Assembly: GCA_009914755.4 (NCBI GenBank)
Contig: CP068257.2
Location: forward strand, 15,424,001 to 15,488,000
DNA from: the human T2T-CHM13v2.0 reference genome, Homo sapiens
Direction of reading: 5' to 3'
DNA: 64,000 nucleotides
Shown: positions 30,771-44,442 of the stretch, piece by piece
How the letters are laid out: the number at the start of each line of letters is the position of its first letter
Numbering within the stretch: position 1 is the first letter of the stretch
Program-made: the position numbers and the translations under genes
The notes under the pieces: generated by a model
What the model saw: only the letters and a program-made list of their open reading frames with translations
What the model was told of the DNA's origin: nothing
Databases searched by the model: none

Positions 30771-31113
30771 ATGGAATAAGAAAAACATTGGATTGTTTTA
30801 CAAGTTTAGCCAGGTTTTTAACAATTGTAAAATTTTAGCAGTTTTACAAAGTTGATCCAACATTGTATATTAAAAAAATCATCCTTTCTTCTGCTGATTC
30901 ATAATATTCTCCCCATCATATGCTAACTTTTCCAATTTACTCAAATCTATTTCTGAACTATGTATTTTGATCCACTTATCAGTCAGCCAGGTCATGTTGC
31001 AAATTCGTGATGTTTTAGTTATTTCAGCCTTGCTTCATGTTTTAATATTTTATCAAGTATATGTTCCCTCATTATTCATCTTTGCAAACCACCTTAAAAA
31101 ATAATTCTAGCTG

Positions 31114-31448
<335 letters not shown>

Positions 31449-33618
31449 AATAATTCTAGCTAATTCCCTTTTAGACTTGCAGCTGTAATTGTTCAGCTTT
31501 CCTCTTCTTTTAGATTTTCTACCACTCAATTTCCTTCACTCTCAGAAAATCCATTCCCCTCAATATATCGGAGACATAAAAGTTGCTCATCCTGAAATTT
31601 TTTAACCCCTCCTTTCAAAAATCTCTACTTATGCTACAAATACTCTTAGCTCTTCAAACACATCAGACTTCTTTGCCTGTAGACCCAAGTCCAAAACTTC
31701 TAAACATGGCATTCAGTGTTCTCTAAACTTTGAACTGGTGTCTACCTTTCCATCCTATCTCCTTTTAGGCCTTTTTTCACATATTTCAAGCAAACCAGTC
31801 TCTTCCCCTCTTCCTAAATTAAAAAAAAAAATACCTGTTTTATTTTGCCACCATTTTTTAGTTTATATTACTTCTCTCAATAAAACATCCTTTTCCTTCA
31901 CTACTCCTGCTGTCTCCACCTACCTTTCCCATTCCCTAATTCAACACAAGTAAAGGCTATATAATGGTGCCCACTCTGATGACCTTCCATCCTGTCATCT
32001 GGAATATATTGCTTTTATACATTAAGCTCCAATATCACTTTGTATCTCTCTCTGAACTTACATTTTGCCTTGATTTGCAGTTATTTGTGTATTTGTTTCA
32101 TTTCACTAGTAGATTATAAACCCCATGAGGTCAAACATTCTTCTTTGTATCATACACATCTTCTAGTCATAGTTTATAATCAAATATGCTAAAATTAGGT
32201 AACAGACCAAAATAAATTCCTATTTCCATCATCACTGTATTTTGAATTTTGTTTAAATGACCCAATGAAATTAATTTTAATTAACTCTATTAGACCAGGT
32301 TAGTAAAAGTAACCTAGAAATAATCTATATGAGGACCATAATTATCCTATTAGTTTGTGCTAAGGTTTGTTTATTTGTCCCCTTCAAAATTTAACTTCCT
32401 GAGATAAGGAGGAACTGACCAGAACAGCCTGGGACCTGTTCCTATTCTTTCTAGAACAAGATGTCCTACAATACTTTAAGCCCAGTAACTCAAATTCATG
32501 AAGGATAAAGCCCAGGACAGGCTGCTTTTCCAGAACCCTCAGCTACAGTGCAACATGGGCCACACACAGATGAGATTCCACACTAGGTAGCTTTCCTGAG
32601 CCTTGGATGAACTCCATGAAGCCCAGGCTTCTACTGTCCCTTGCTGCCGATATGTGAGGAATAAAGTTGCTTCATTCACTGTGTTGTGTGTGTGTTCTTT
32701 CTCCTCAGATTCATGTATGCAGCAGAAACTGCATTCCAAGATGCAGTGGACTGAAGCAGTAACCAGTGTAGAGTGATCTGCTTTGCAACAGGTTCCAAGG
32801 ATTAGAATATGGACATTTTTGGATGACCTTATCAAGCCTACAAAAGGTTAATCCAAAAAGTATTACAATCTAAAATCTTGAGAAAACACAAAGTTTAATC
32901 ACAACCACTAGAGCCATATGTCTAGAGGATCACTGTGTTCTCTAGGTGATGAAAAATCTCTAAACAGGATGGAAAAACCTAAATATGACTAAGTGGTAAG
33001 TTTCACAAAAAGACAAAACAGAAAGGTAGGAGGATGGAAAGTGGTATTTCTGGGAAAGCTGCATTTACCACCTCCTAAATGTCTTCTTCTCCCATTGATT
33101 CTGATCTCTTGTTTTACCAGTAAGTCAACTAGGAGGAGAAACACTGGACATGATGAATAAAATAGGTAGTGCTGAGAAGAAGAGAAACAGAAGGCATGGA
33201 CAATGTGCCCAAGAAGAGAAATATCTGAGGACATGGCCAATCCAAGGTGGAGGAATTCTATAAACAAACAATAACAACAATAATTATAATAACTACTTAG
33301 ATCCCTTTGCCATTTGCAAAATGGCCCTGAGCAGAGAATTCTGGTGTACTCACAATGTACAGGAGTTCAGCAAAATTTAAAGAGAGTACAAGATAAGCTC
33401 GTTACCTATATGACTGAATAAATGTGGATGTTGATAGCTCAGACAGGCCACCCTTCCAGTTCAAACAAGAACTTGTTTCAAATACAGAAAGAAGGCAATA
33501 TAAGAGATAGAAATTACACAGCAAATCCTACCATATCTTTTCTTACTTACATTGCTTTCCTATGTTAACCAGCCACTCATGTTGAAAATGATAATATAGA
33601 AGGAAAGGGAAAGAAAGG

Positions 33619-33971
33619 TGATATGGTTGGCTGTGTCCCCACCCAAATCTCAAGTCAAATTATATCTCCCAGAACTCCCACGTGTTGTGGGAGGGACCCA
33701 GGAGGAGGTCATTGAACCATGGGGGCCAGTCTTTCCATCCTAGTTTCATGACAGTGAATAAGTCTCACGAGATCCAATGGGTTTATCAGGTGTTTCCACT
33801 TTTGCTTCTTCCTCATTTTCTCTTGCCGCCACCATGTAAGAAGTGCCTTTCACCTCCTGCCATGATTCTGAAGCCTCCTCAGCCATGTGGAACTGTAAGT
33901 CCAATTAAACCTCTTTTTGTTCCCAGTCTTGGGTATGTCTTTATCAGCAAGTGAAAATGGACTAATTCAAT
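33619..33971 (+). mobile_element. Solitary MaLR LTR, THE1/MST-type
   Basis: TGATATGGTTGGCTGTGTCCCCACCCAAATCTCA..CCCACGTGTTGTGGGAGGGACCCAGGAGGAGGTCATTGAA.CATGGGGGC...CATGACAGTGAATAAGTCTCACGAGATC.AATGG...CCGCCACCATGTAAGAAGTGCCTTT...CCTCAGCCATGTGGAACTGTAAGTCCAATTAAACCTCTTTTTGTTCCCAGTCTTGGGTATGTCTTTATCAGCAAGTGAAAATGGACTAATTCA. Close to the THE1-family LTR consensus. Confidence 0.9.
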
Positions 33972-35345
33972 AGAGCAACCAGGGTTCTTTTTCCTTTCAG
34001 TCCTTCCTTAATTATCAGTAGGCTGAAAGTAGAAAGTATTAGAATGTGTGCATATCAAAAAGTGATATGAATACAGTTGCATTAGTTTAGGGTAGTGTTT
34101 GCACTGTTTCAGAAAATATATTTGCATATACATTCTACCAAATCTGAATTATGTGATATTGTTGATTCACAATTAGATTCTCTGAAATTTGTATTAAAAC
34201 TGTCATTGTATGAGACAAAGATTAACAGTAAAAATTATGTTAATGATTTAAAATTTTATTTTATTTTTACTTTGACATTAAATAGCAAATAAAAATAAAT
34301 AACTCACAGAGAAACATGAAGTGAAGAAAAAAAACAAATTTTAACACATTTAGCAGGATTTTTTTCCTGAATTTTGAACAAGAGGCCTCACATTTTCATT
34401 TTTACTGGGCCTCACGAATTACATAAGACCGTGTACCCCTACCATCTGACTGGTTTGAGCATAAGATAATTGATGCAGAATTGGTTTTCATTAAGATCAA
34501 AACCTGTGAGGAATTCAGTTACATTTTGCTGTCCTTTCCTGAGCATAGCTTAGTTCTAAATGTTCAATGTTTCTTGTAATAACTGCATGGTGCAAGTCTC
34601 AAAGCTTCCTTTGTCTTGCCAGGACTTAAAACACTAGATAATCTGCCTGTTTCCATAAATTAAAAAAAAAAAAAAGTCTCCTATTTCTCATCTTACCTGT
34701 ACTCCGTAAGCTTGGTTCCTTGATACCAAACCACAGATTATTTTTTCTCACATTAAAATAAGAAACTCTGTGTGTAAGTGCCCAAATAAATCTTTCATGA
34801 CCTTAATTATAGGTAATACTATGTTAAATTTGCCTCCAACAGATGAGAGTACAATCATCTTACTGGAAATGTTGAAATTAAAATATTTTCTTGATAGAAA
34901 TTATAAACCCCTGAAAGCTGACCATAGTAAGCTTATAGATTTTTAGTGAAGTTTTTAAAGTGGTAGTGGTCAGTTGGATGATATATGGATTTACTTCTGA
35001 GAGCAATGCTGTGTTGCTTTATACTTCAAATCAGTGGTTAAAACCAGATTCTCGTAGAGGCCAGGAGGGCTCTAAAGTTGTATTAAGGCCCAACAAGATC
35101 CAAGATTGGATCAAGGATGCCAATCAGATAGCAGTCCAGATCTTTTTCCTATACCATTGCTCCAACTGTTGAAATTCCATGCAATAAGCTAGACCTCTAG
35201 ATAAGCTTTCATTGGGAGAAACCATTGTGGGGTTTAAAGGAAAACACAGCAACAAATCTCTCCCCATCACTTTACCAAATAACCTGATCTTTATAAGACA
35301 AAAAATAATGAAAGATAAAGAGAACATAAAGAATTTTCTAGGAGT

Positions 35346-38300
35346 TGGCCATAAGATGGCTGATTAGAAGAATATGCAGTCCATGGCACTCACAAAGAGG
35401 AACAAAAGGGGTGAGTGAATACAGCACCTTCAACTGAAATATCCAGATTCTTGCATTGGGACTGATTAGGCAAACAACTCGGCCCATGGAGAATGAAGAA
35501 AAGCAAGGTGGGGCAAAGGCCCACCAGGGAGCAACACAGTGCCAAGGGAACCCCCACCCCCAGCAAAGGGAAGTGATGAGTGATTGTGTGACCCAACTTG
35601 GGAAACCATGCTTCTCCCACAGATCTTTGCAACCTTCAGATCAGGAGATCCCCTCGTGAGCCCACACTACCAGGACCTTGGGTCTGACACATAGAACTGT
35701 GTAGTCTCAGCAGAGCAGCTGCTCAGTCACACACAGAGACCCAGGAGCTTTCCATACTCTGGCCCTGGGATTTCCAACAAACATGTCTGCAACTCAGGCA
35801 AAACAGGAGGTCTGTACAGACCCCTAGGAAGGGGAATGAATCCAAGGAGCCAAGCAGTGTCATTCTGCAGGCCCCACTTCCATGGCACCTCACAAGATAA
35901 GACTCACTGGTTTGGAATTCCAGTGAGCCAATGGCAACAGGGTAGAGCCTGCCTGAGACAGGACAGAGTTCCAGTCCTCCAGGGGAGGAGTGGCTGCCAT
36001 GTCTATAGTCCAGTCAACTCAGCTGTTCCAGCCTGCCAGTTTTGGAGAGTGCAAATGGCCCGGTCAAGGAAGGGTCCCTGCCAAGGCAGCACAGCTGCTT
36101 TACCAGATCATGGCCAGACTACTTCTTCAAATGGGACCCTGATCCATTCCTCCTCACTGGGCAGGACCTCCCTGCCAGGGCTTCAACTATCCCAGCCAGT
36201 TTCCTATGAACACAGCTCTGATCTCTCCATGGGGTGGAGCCCCTGGAGGAGGAGCAAGCCATGATCACCACTCTTTGGTTGACTCAGCCATTTCAACTGG
36301 CTTTGGAAAGTCCAAACAATCCAGCCAAGAAAGGCTACCCCCAGAGCAGCACAGCCACTTTGCCAGATCACGGACAGATATCTTCTTTAAGCAGAACTTT
36401 AATCCATTCCTCCTCATGGTTCAGGTCTTCCCAGCTGGGGGCCTTGAGCCACCCCTTTCCATATTCTATGGCCAACAGAGCTCTAATTTTCTTCTGGGAC
36501 AAAGTGTCCCATGGGTGGGGCAGTCTGCCATGGTGGCTGTTCGGGCATCTCAGTCAATCCAGCCTGTGGGCCCTGAAGAGCCCATAGTGAACAGAGTCTG
36601 AAAGGATCACTAACACAGCATACCTGCTCTACCAAAAAGCACCCAGACTGCTCCTTTAAGTGAGCACCTGATCCTGTTCCTCCTGACAGGGTGAGACCTC
36701 CAAACGGGTCTCCAGCTACCTCCTACTGGCACATTTGGGCTGGCAACTGGTCAATACCCCGCTGGGTGAAGCTTCCAGAGGAAGGAGCAGGCTGTCATCT
36801 TTTCTGTTTCCCAAGCTTCACTGGTGATACCTCTAGATATGGGAAAAACCAAGGCAATTAGGGTCCAGAGTGGACCCCAAGCAAGCTTCAGCAGCCCTAC
36901 AGAAGAGTGGCATATTTAAAGAAAAATAAGCAAACAGAAAACAACAGCAACAAAAAAGACCCCACAAAACTCCATTAAAAGGTTAGCATCCCCAAAGATC
37001 AAAGGTAGATAAGCCCATAAAGATAAGAAAGAATCAGCACAAAAACACCAAAAACTCAAAAATCCAGAGGGCCCCTTCTCTTCCAGATGACTGCAACACC
37101 TCTGAAGCAAGGGCTCAGAACTGGGCTGAGGCTGAGATGGCTGAAATGATAGAAGTAGAATTCAGAGGGTGAGTAATAATGAACTTGGCTGAGCTAAAGC
37201 AGCATGTTGTAATCCAATGCAAAGAAGATAAGAATCATAATAAAACAATACAGGAGCTGACAGTCAAAATAGCCAGTTTAGAGAGAAACACCAACCTGTT
37301 AGACCTGAGAAACACACTACAGGAACTTCACAATGCAATCACAAATATTCATAGCAGAATAGCCCAAGTGAAGGAAAGAATTTCAGAGCTTGAAGACTAT
37401 CTTTCTGAAATAAGACAAGCAGGCAAGAATAGAGAAAAAAAGAATGAAAAGGAATGAAAGAAAACCTCTGAGAAATATGGAATTATATAAAGAGACTGAA
37501 CCTATGACTGACGGGGATACCTGAAAGAGACAGAGAATGGAACCAATTTGAAAAAAATACTTCAGGATATCATCCATGAGAACTTCCCCAACCTGGCTAG
37601 ACAGGCCAACATTCAAATTCAGGAAATGCAGAGAACTTCAGTAAGATACTCCACAAGAAGATCATCTCCAAAACACGTAATAATCAGACGCTCCAAGGTC
37701 AAAATGGAAGAAAAAATGTTAATGGCTGCCAGAAAGAAAGGCCAGGCCACTTAAAAAGGGTCCCATCTCACAAGAGACCCATCTCACAAGCAATGATACA
37801 CATAGGCTCAAAGTAAAGGAATGGAGAAAAATTTACCAAGCAAATGGAAAACAGAAAAAAGCAGAGGTTGCAATCCTAGTTTTTGACAAAACACACTTTA
37901 AACCAACAACGATCAAAAAAGACAAAGAAGGGCATTACACAATGGTAAAGGGGTCATTTCAACAAGAAGAGCTAACTAGCCTGAAAATACATGCACCCAA
38001 TACAGGAACAACCAGATTCAAAAAGCAGGTTCTTAGAGACTTTCAAAGAGGCTTAGACTCACACACAGTTAAGAATGGGAGACTTTAACACCCCACTGAC
38101 AATATTAAACTCATTATAGAGACAGAAAATTAACAAAGATATTCAGTGCCTTACTCAGCTCTGAATCAAGTGGACCTGACAGATATCTGTAGAACTCTTC
38201 ACCCAAAAGCAACAGAATGTACATTGTTCTCATCTCCACATGGCACTTACTCTAAAATTGATCACAGAATTGGAAGTAAAACATTCTTCAGCAACTGCAA

Positions 38301-40070
38301 AAGAACTGAAGTCATAACAAACAGGCTCTCAGACCACAGCACAATCAAATTAGAACCCAATATTAAGAAACTCACTCAAAACCACACAACTACATAAAAA
38401 TCAAACAACCTGCTCCTGAATGACTCTTAGGTGAAAAATGAAATTAAGGTAGAAACCAAGAAGTTCTTTGAAACCAGTGAGAACAAAGATACAATGTACC
38501 AGAATTCCTGGGACACAGCTAAAGCATGATAAATAGGGAAATTTGTAGCACTAAATGCCTATATCAAAAAGCTAGAAAGATCTTAAGTTAAAAATCTAAC
38601 ATCACAACTAAAAGAACTAGAGAACCTAGACCAAATGAATTCCAAAGCTAGCAGAAGACAAGAAATAACCAAGATTAGAGTGGAACTGAAGAAGATAAAG
38701 ACACAAAAACCCTTCAAAAAATCAACAAATTCAGGAACAGATTTTTTGAAAAAATTAATAAAATAGACTGCTAGCTACACTAATAAAGAAAAAATGAAGG
38801 AAGAATCAAACACAATCAGAAATGATCAGGAGTGTTTTACCACTTACCCCACAGAAATACAAACAACCATCAGAGAATAATACAAACACTTCTATGCACG
38901 TAAACTAGAAAATATATATTAAAAAGGATACATTTCTAGACACATACACCCTCCCAAGACTGAACCAGGAAGAAATTGAATCCCTGAGTAGACCAATAAT
39001 GAGCTCTGAAACTGAGGCAGTAATAAATAGCCTACCAACCATAAAAAGCCCAGGACCAGATGAATTCACAGCTGAATTCTACCACAGGTACAAAGAAGAG
39101 CTGGTACCATTTCTACTGAAACTATACCAAAGAAATTGAAAAGGAGAGACTCCTCCCTAACTTATTTCATGAGGGTACCATCATACTGATACAAAAGCCT
39201 GACAGACATACAGAAAAAAAAAGAAAGAAAAAAATAAACTTCACGCCAATATCCTCGATGAACATTGATGCAAAAATCTTCAATAAAATACTGGAAAACC
39301 AAATCCAGCAGCACATCAAAAAGCTTATCCATCACAATCAAGTAGGCTTTCTCCCTGGGATGCAAGGTTGGTTCAACATATGCAAATCAATAAATGTGAT
39401 TCATCACATATAAACAGAAGTAAGACAAAAACCACTAATTATTTCAACAGATGCAGAAAAGGCTTTTGATCTGATTCAGTATTCTTTCATGTTAAAAACT
39501 CTCAACAGACTAGGTATTGAAGGAAAATACCTCAAAATCATAAGAGCCATATATGACAAATATGACAAACCCATAGCCAATATCATACCAAGTGGGCAAA
39601 AGATGGAAGCATTCCCCTTGAAAACCAGCACAAGACAAGTATGTCCTCTCTCACCACTCCTATTCAACATAGGAAACATAGGAAAGTTCTGCCTAGGGCA
39701 ATCAGGCAAGAGAAAGAAATAAAGAGCATTCAAATAGAAAGAGAGGAAGTCTGTTTGCAGATGACATAATCCTACATCTAGAAAACCCCATCATTTCACC
39801 CCAAAAGCTTCTTAAGCTGATAAGCAACTTTAGCAAAGTCTCAGGGTACAAACTCAAATGCAAAAATCACTGGCATTCCTATATACCAACAACAAGCAAG
39901 CAGAGAGACAAATCATGAATGAACTCCCTTTCACAATTGCCACAAAAAGAAAAAAAGTACCTAGGAATACAGCTAACAAGGGAAGTGAAGGACCTTTTCA
40001 AGGAGAACTACAAACCACTGCTCAAGGAAATCAGAGAGGACACAAGCAGAGAAAAACATTCCATGCTGAT
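35346..40070 (+). mobile_element. Older full-length L1 (L1PA8-L1PB-like), 5' portion: long 5'UTR with tandem repeats of about 250 bp, ORF1 remnants and ORF2 5' half
   Basis: ORF1-like frames at 37179..37457 (coiled-coil ..RISELEDYLSEIRQAGKNREKK..) and 37548..37754 (ILQDIIHENFPNLARQANIQIQEMQRTSVRYSTRRSSPKHVIIRRSKVKMEEKMLMAARKKGQ). Decayed ORF2 endonuclease (..[46 protein letters not shown]..) and RT (..[12 protein letters not shown].., [30 protein letters not shown]). The upstream 1.8 kb, contiguous with ORF1, is read as the family-specific 5'UTR. The exact 5' boundary is uncertain. Confidence 0.75.
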
Positions 40071-42342
40071 TGTATTAGTTCGTTTTCACGCTACTGATAA
40101 AGACATACGTAAGACTGGGAACAAAAATAGGTTTAATTGGAATTACAGTTCCACATGGCTGGGGAGTCCTCAGAATCATGGTGGGAGGTGAAAGGCACTT
40201 CTTACATGGCAACGGCAAGAGAAAAATGAGGAAGAAGCAAAAGCAGAAACCCCTGATAAACCCATCAGAGCTTGTGAGACTTATTCACTATCACGAGAAT
40301 AATACAGGAAAGACCAGACCCCATGATTCCACTATCTCCTCCTGGGTCCCTCCCACAACACATGGGAATTCTGGGAGATACAATCTGAGTTGAGATTGGG
40401 GCAGGGGGAGGTGACACAGCCAAACCATATCATCATGTCCTCACATGTCAAAACCAATTATGAATTCCCAACAGTCCCCCAAATTCTTAACTCACTTCAG
40501 CATTAACCCAAAAGTACACAAGTCCAAAGTCTCATCTGAGACAAGGCAAGTCCCTTCCACTTATGATCCTGTAAAATCAAAAGCAAGCTAGTTATTTTCT
40601 AGATACAATGGAGGTACAGGTATTGGGTAAATTCAGTCATTCCAAATGGGAGAAATTGGCCAAAACAAAGAAGTTACAGGGCCCATACAGGTCCAAAATC
40701 CAGCAGGGCAGTCAAATTTTAAAGCTCCAAAATGATCTCCTTTGATTCTATGTCTCAAATCCAGATTACACCGATGCAAGAAGTGAATTCCCATAGTCTG
40801 GGGCAGCTCCACCCCTGTGGCTTCACAGGGTACAGACTCCCTCCTGGCTCCTTTCACAAGCTGGCATTGAGTGTCTGCAGCTTTTCCAGATGCACGGTTC
40901 AAGCTACCAGTGGATCTACCATTCTGGGGTCTGGAAGATGGTGGCCCTCTTCTCATGGCTCCACTAGGCAGTGCCCCAGTAGTGACTCTGTGTAGGGGCT
41001 CTGATCACACACTTCCCTTCTGTGCTGCTCTAGCAGAGGCTCTCCATGAGGACCCCACCCCTGCAGCCAACTTTTGCCTGGGCATCCAGGCATTTCCATA
41101 CACTTTCTAAAATCTAGGTGGAGGTCCCAAACCTCAATTCTTGACTTCTGTGTACCCGCAGGCTGAATACCACATGGAAACTTCTGAGGCTTGGGACTTC
41201 CACCCTCTGAAGCCACAGCCTGAGCTCTATGTTGGCTCCTTTCAGCCACAGCTAGAGTGGCTGGAACACAGGGCACCAACTCCCTAGGCGGCACACAGCA
41301 TGGGGACCCTGGGTCTGGCCCACAAAACCACTTTTTCCTCCTGGGCATCCAGGCCTCTGATGAGAAGAGCTGCCATGAAGGTCTCTGACATGGCCTGGAG
41401 AAATTTTCACCATGGTCTTGGGGATTAACATTAGTCTCCTTGTTACTTATGTAGATTTCTGCAGCCAGCTTGAATTTCTCCCCAGAAAATTGGTTTTTCT
41501 TTTCTATCACATTGTCAGGCTACAAATTTTCTGAACTTTTACACTCTGCACCTGTTATAAAATTGAATGCCTTTAACAGTACTCAAGTCACCTCTTGAAT
41601 GACTTGCTGCTTAAGAAATTTATTCCACCAGATACCCTAAATCATCTCTCTGAAGTTCAAAGTTTCACAAATCTCTAGGGCAGAGGTAAAATGCTGCCAG
41701 TCTCTTTGCTAAAACATAACAAGAGTCATCTTTGCTCCAGTTCCCAACAAGTTCCTCATCTCCATCTGACACCACCTCGGCCTGAACCTTAATGTCCATA
41801 TCGCTATCAGCATTTTGGGCAAAGCCATTCAAGAAGTCTCTAGGAAGTTCCAAACTTTCCCATATTTTCCTGTCTTCTTCTTAGCCCTCCAAACTGTTCC
41901 AACCTCTGCCTGTTACCCAGTTCCAAAGTCACTTCCACATTTTCAGGTATCTTTTCAGCAACTCCCCACTCTACTTGTACCAACTTACTGTATTAGTTCG
42001 TTACACACTGCTTATAAAGACATGCCCAAAACTGAGAACAAAAAGGGGTTTAATTGGACTAACAGTTCCACATGGCTGGGGAGGCCTCAGAATCATGGTG
42101 GGAGGCAAAAGTCACTTCTTACATGGCAGCGGCAAGAGAAAATTGTGGGAGAAACAAAAGCGGATACCCCTGATAAACTCATCAGATCTTGTGAGGCTTA
42201 TTCACCATAATGAGAATAGCACAGGAAAGACCAGCCCCCATGATTCAATTACCTCCTCCTGTATGCCTCCCACAACACATGGGAATTCTGGGAGACACAA
42301 TTCAAGTTGAGATTTGGGCAGGGACACAGCCAAACCATATCA
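40071..42342 (-). mobile_element. Complete THE1-type MaLR retrotransposon (LTR - internal - LTR, 2272 bp) nested inside ORF2 of the older L1
   Basis: Two same-orientation THE1 LTRs (40071-40432 and 41989-42342). Each starts TGTATTAGTTCG.. and ends ..CAGCCAAACCATATCA, with the motifs cacagttccacatggctgggga.cctcagaatcatggtgggagg and ccc.tgattc.a.tacctcctcctg..tccctcccacaacacatgggaattctgggaga.aca. They flank about 1.55 kb of non-coding internal sequence. 5-bp TSD ctgat / ctcat. The L1 ORF2 sequence resumes precisely at 42343 (ctcatggatagaaggaatcaatatcattgaaatggccatacttcccaaagtaatttat). Confidence 0.9.
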
Positions 42343-43996
42343 CTCATGGATAGAAGGAATCAATATCATTGAAATGGCCATACTTCCCAAAGTAATTTAT
42401 AGGTTCAATGCTATTCCCATTAAACTACCATTGACATTCTTCACAGAATTAGAAAAAAAAAAACTGTTTTAAAATTCATATGGAACCAAAAAAGAGCCCA
42501 AATAGCAAAGACAATCCTAAGAAAAAAGAACAAAGCTGGAGTCATCACACTACCTGACTTCAAACTATACTACAAGGCTACAGTGACCAAAATAGCATGG
42601 CACTGGTACAGAAACAGACACATAGACCAATGGAACAGAATAGAGAACTCAGAAATAAGATCACACACCTACAACCATCTGATCTTCAACAAACCTGACA
42701 AAAACAAGCAATGGGAAAAGGATTTTCTATTAAATAAATGGTGCTGGGAGAACTGGCTGGCCAGATGCAAAAAAAAATTTTGAACCCAAACCCCTTCCTT
42801 ATACCTTATTCAAAAATTAACTCAAGATGGATTAAAGACTTAAACGTGAAACCCAAAACTATAAAAATTCTACAAGACAATCTAGGCAATACCATTCAGG
42901 ACATAGGCACAGACAAAGATTTTATGACAAAAATGCCTAAAGCAATTGCAACAAAAGCTAAAATTGACAAATGGGATCTAATTGAACTAAAGAGCTTCTC
43001 CACAGCAAAAGAAACTATCATCAAAGTGGACAGACAACCTATAGAATAGGAGAAAATTTTTACAATCTATTCATCTGACAAAGGTCTAACATCCAGCATC
43101 TACAGCGAACTTAAGCAAATTTACAGGAAAAAAAAAAAAAAAAACAACAACAACCACCTCATTAAAAAGTGGGCAATGGACATAAGTGGACACTTCCCAA
43201 AAGAAGACATATATATGGACAAAAAAACATTGAAAAAAAAAGTTCAACGTCACTAATCATTAGAGAAATGCAAATAAAAACCACAGTGAGATATCATTTC
43301 TCACCAATCAGAATGGCTATTATTAAAAAGTCAAAAAATTACAGATGCTCATGAGGTTGTCAGAAAAAGGAATGCTTATGTACTGTTGGTAGGACAGGAA
43401 ATTAGTTCAAACATTATGGAAGACAATTCCTCAAAGATCTAGAAGCAGAAATACCATTTGACCCAGCAATCCCATTACTGTATATATACCCAAAGGAATA
43501 TAAATAATTCTATTATAAAGATACATGCATGTGTATGTTCATTGCAGCACTATTCACAATAGCAAAGACCTAGAACCAATCTAAACACCCTCCAGTGATA
43601 GACTGGATAAAGAACACACCATGGAATACTATGCAGCCATAAAAAGAAACAAGATCATGTCCTTTGCAGGGACATGGGTGGAGCTGGAAGCCATTATCCT
43701 CAGGAAACTAATGCAGGAACACAAAACCAAATATGTGTTCTCATTTATAAGTTGGAGCTGAATAATGAGAACACATGGACACATGGGAGAGAGAGACAAA
43801 GCACACTGGGCCCTGTTGGAGGGTCGGAGGTTGGAGGAGGGAGAGCATCCGGAAGAATAGCTAATGGATGCTGGGCTTAATACCTAGGTAATGGGATGAT
43901 CTGTGAGGCAAACTGCCATGGCACATCTTTATCTATGTAATGAACCTGCACATCCTACACAGGTACCCCTGAACTTAAAAGTGGGGAAAAAAAGAA
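42343..43996 (+). mobile_element. Older L1, 3' portion: ORF2 C-terminal half plus 3'UTR and short A-rich end
   Basis: Recognisable ORF2 C-terminal peptides (..[37 protein letters not shown].., WCWENWLA.C, ..[28 protein letters not shown].). The 3'UTR ends ..ctaatggatgctgggcttaatacctaggtaatgggatgatctgtg.gcaaactgccatggcacatctttatctatgtaatgaacctgcacatcctacacaggtacccctgaacttaaaagtggggaaaaaaag. Confidence 0.85.
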
Positions 43997-44442
43997 CCAT
44001 ACTTTGAGCAGCCAGATTTTAAATTTTCCCAGAGCTCTTTCAACATTACCTATAGTGTCTTAGGATGGGTGAAGATTTTTGCATGTAATAGTTCTAGTTT
44101 TTCTTCTGTTTTTATTTGGCCTGCTTTGTAAATGTCATTTTAGGTGCTTGCTTCATAACAGAATAGCAGAATTGATGCAACTACATTAAAACAGAAAGGG
44201 AGACACAGTGTCCGGCTGCCTTGGGCATTTCTGTTAACAGAAATGGAAGTCTTTCAGAGGACTTAATTTTTAATAGCTATGCTATCAGATTCTCAGTCTT
44301 GGCATTAGGGCTAGGTGTTGGAACTTCCCATAAAGTGTTCTCATTATGGACTCTCTGCTCCATACCATAAAATGAAGATAAATAAATAAATATTTTTTAA
44401 AAGCATTTTCTAAATAAACACACTGGAGACTTTCGGAGAATG

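Noticed and set aside
40633-41510. ORFs 40953..41510(-) of 185 aa and 40633..40956(-) of 107 aa, considered as coding sequences
   Set aside because: They lie in the internal region of the THE1 MaLR element. That region is non-coding or only gag-like relics in this family, and I recognise no conserved domain. They are best treated as chance ORFs inside a retroelement.
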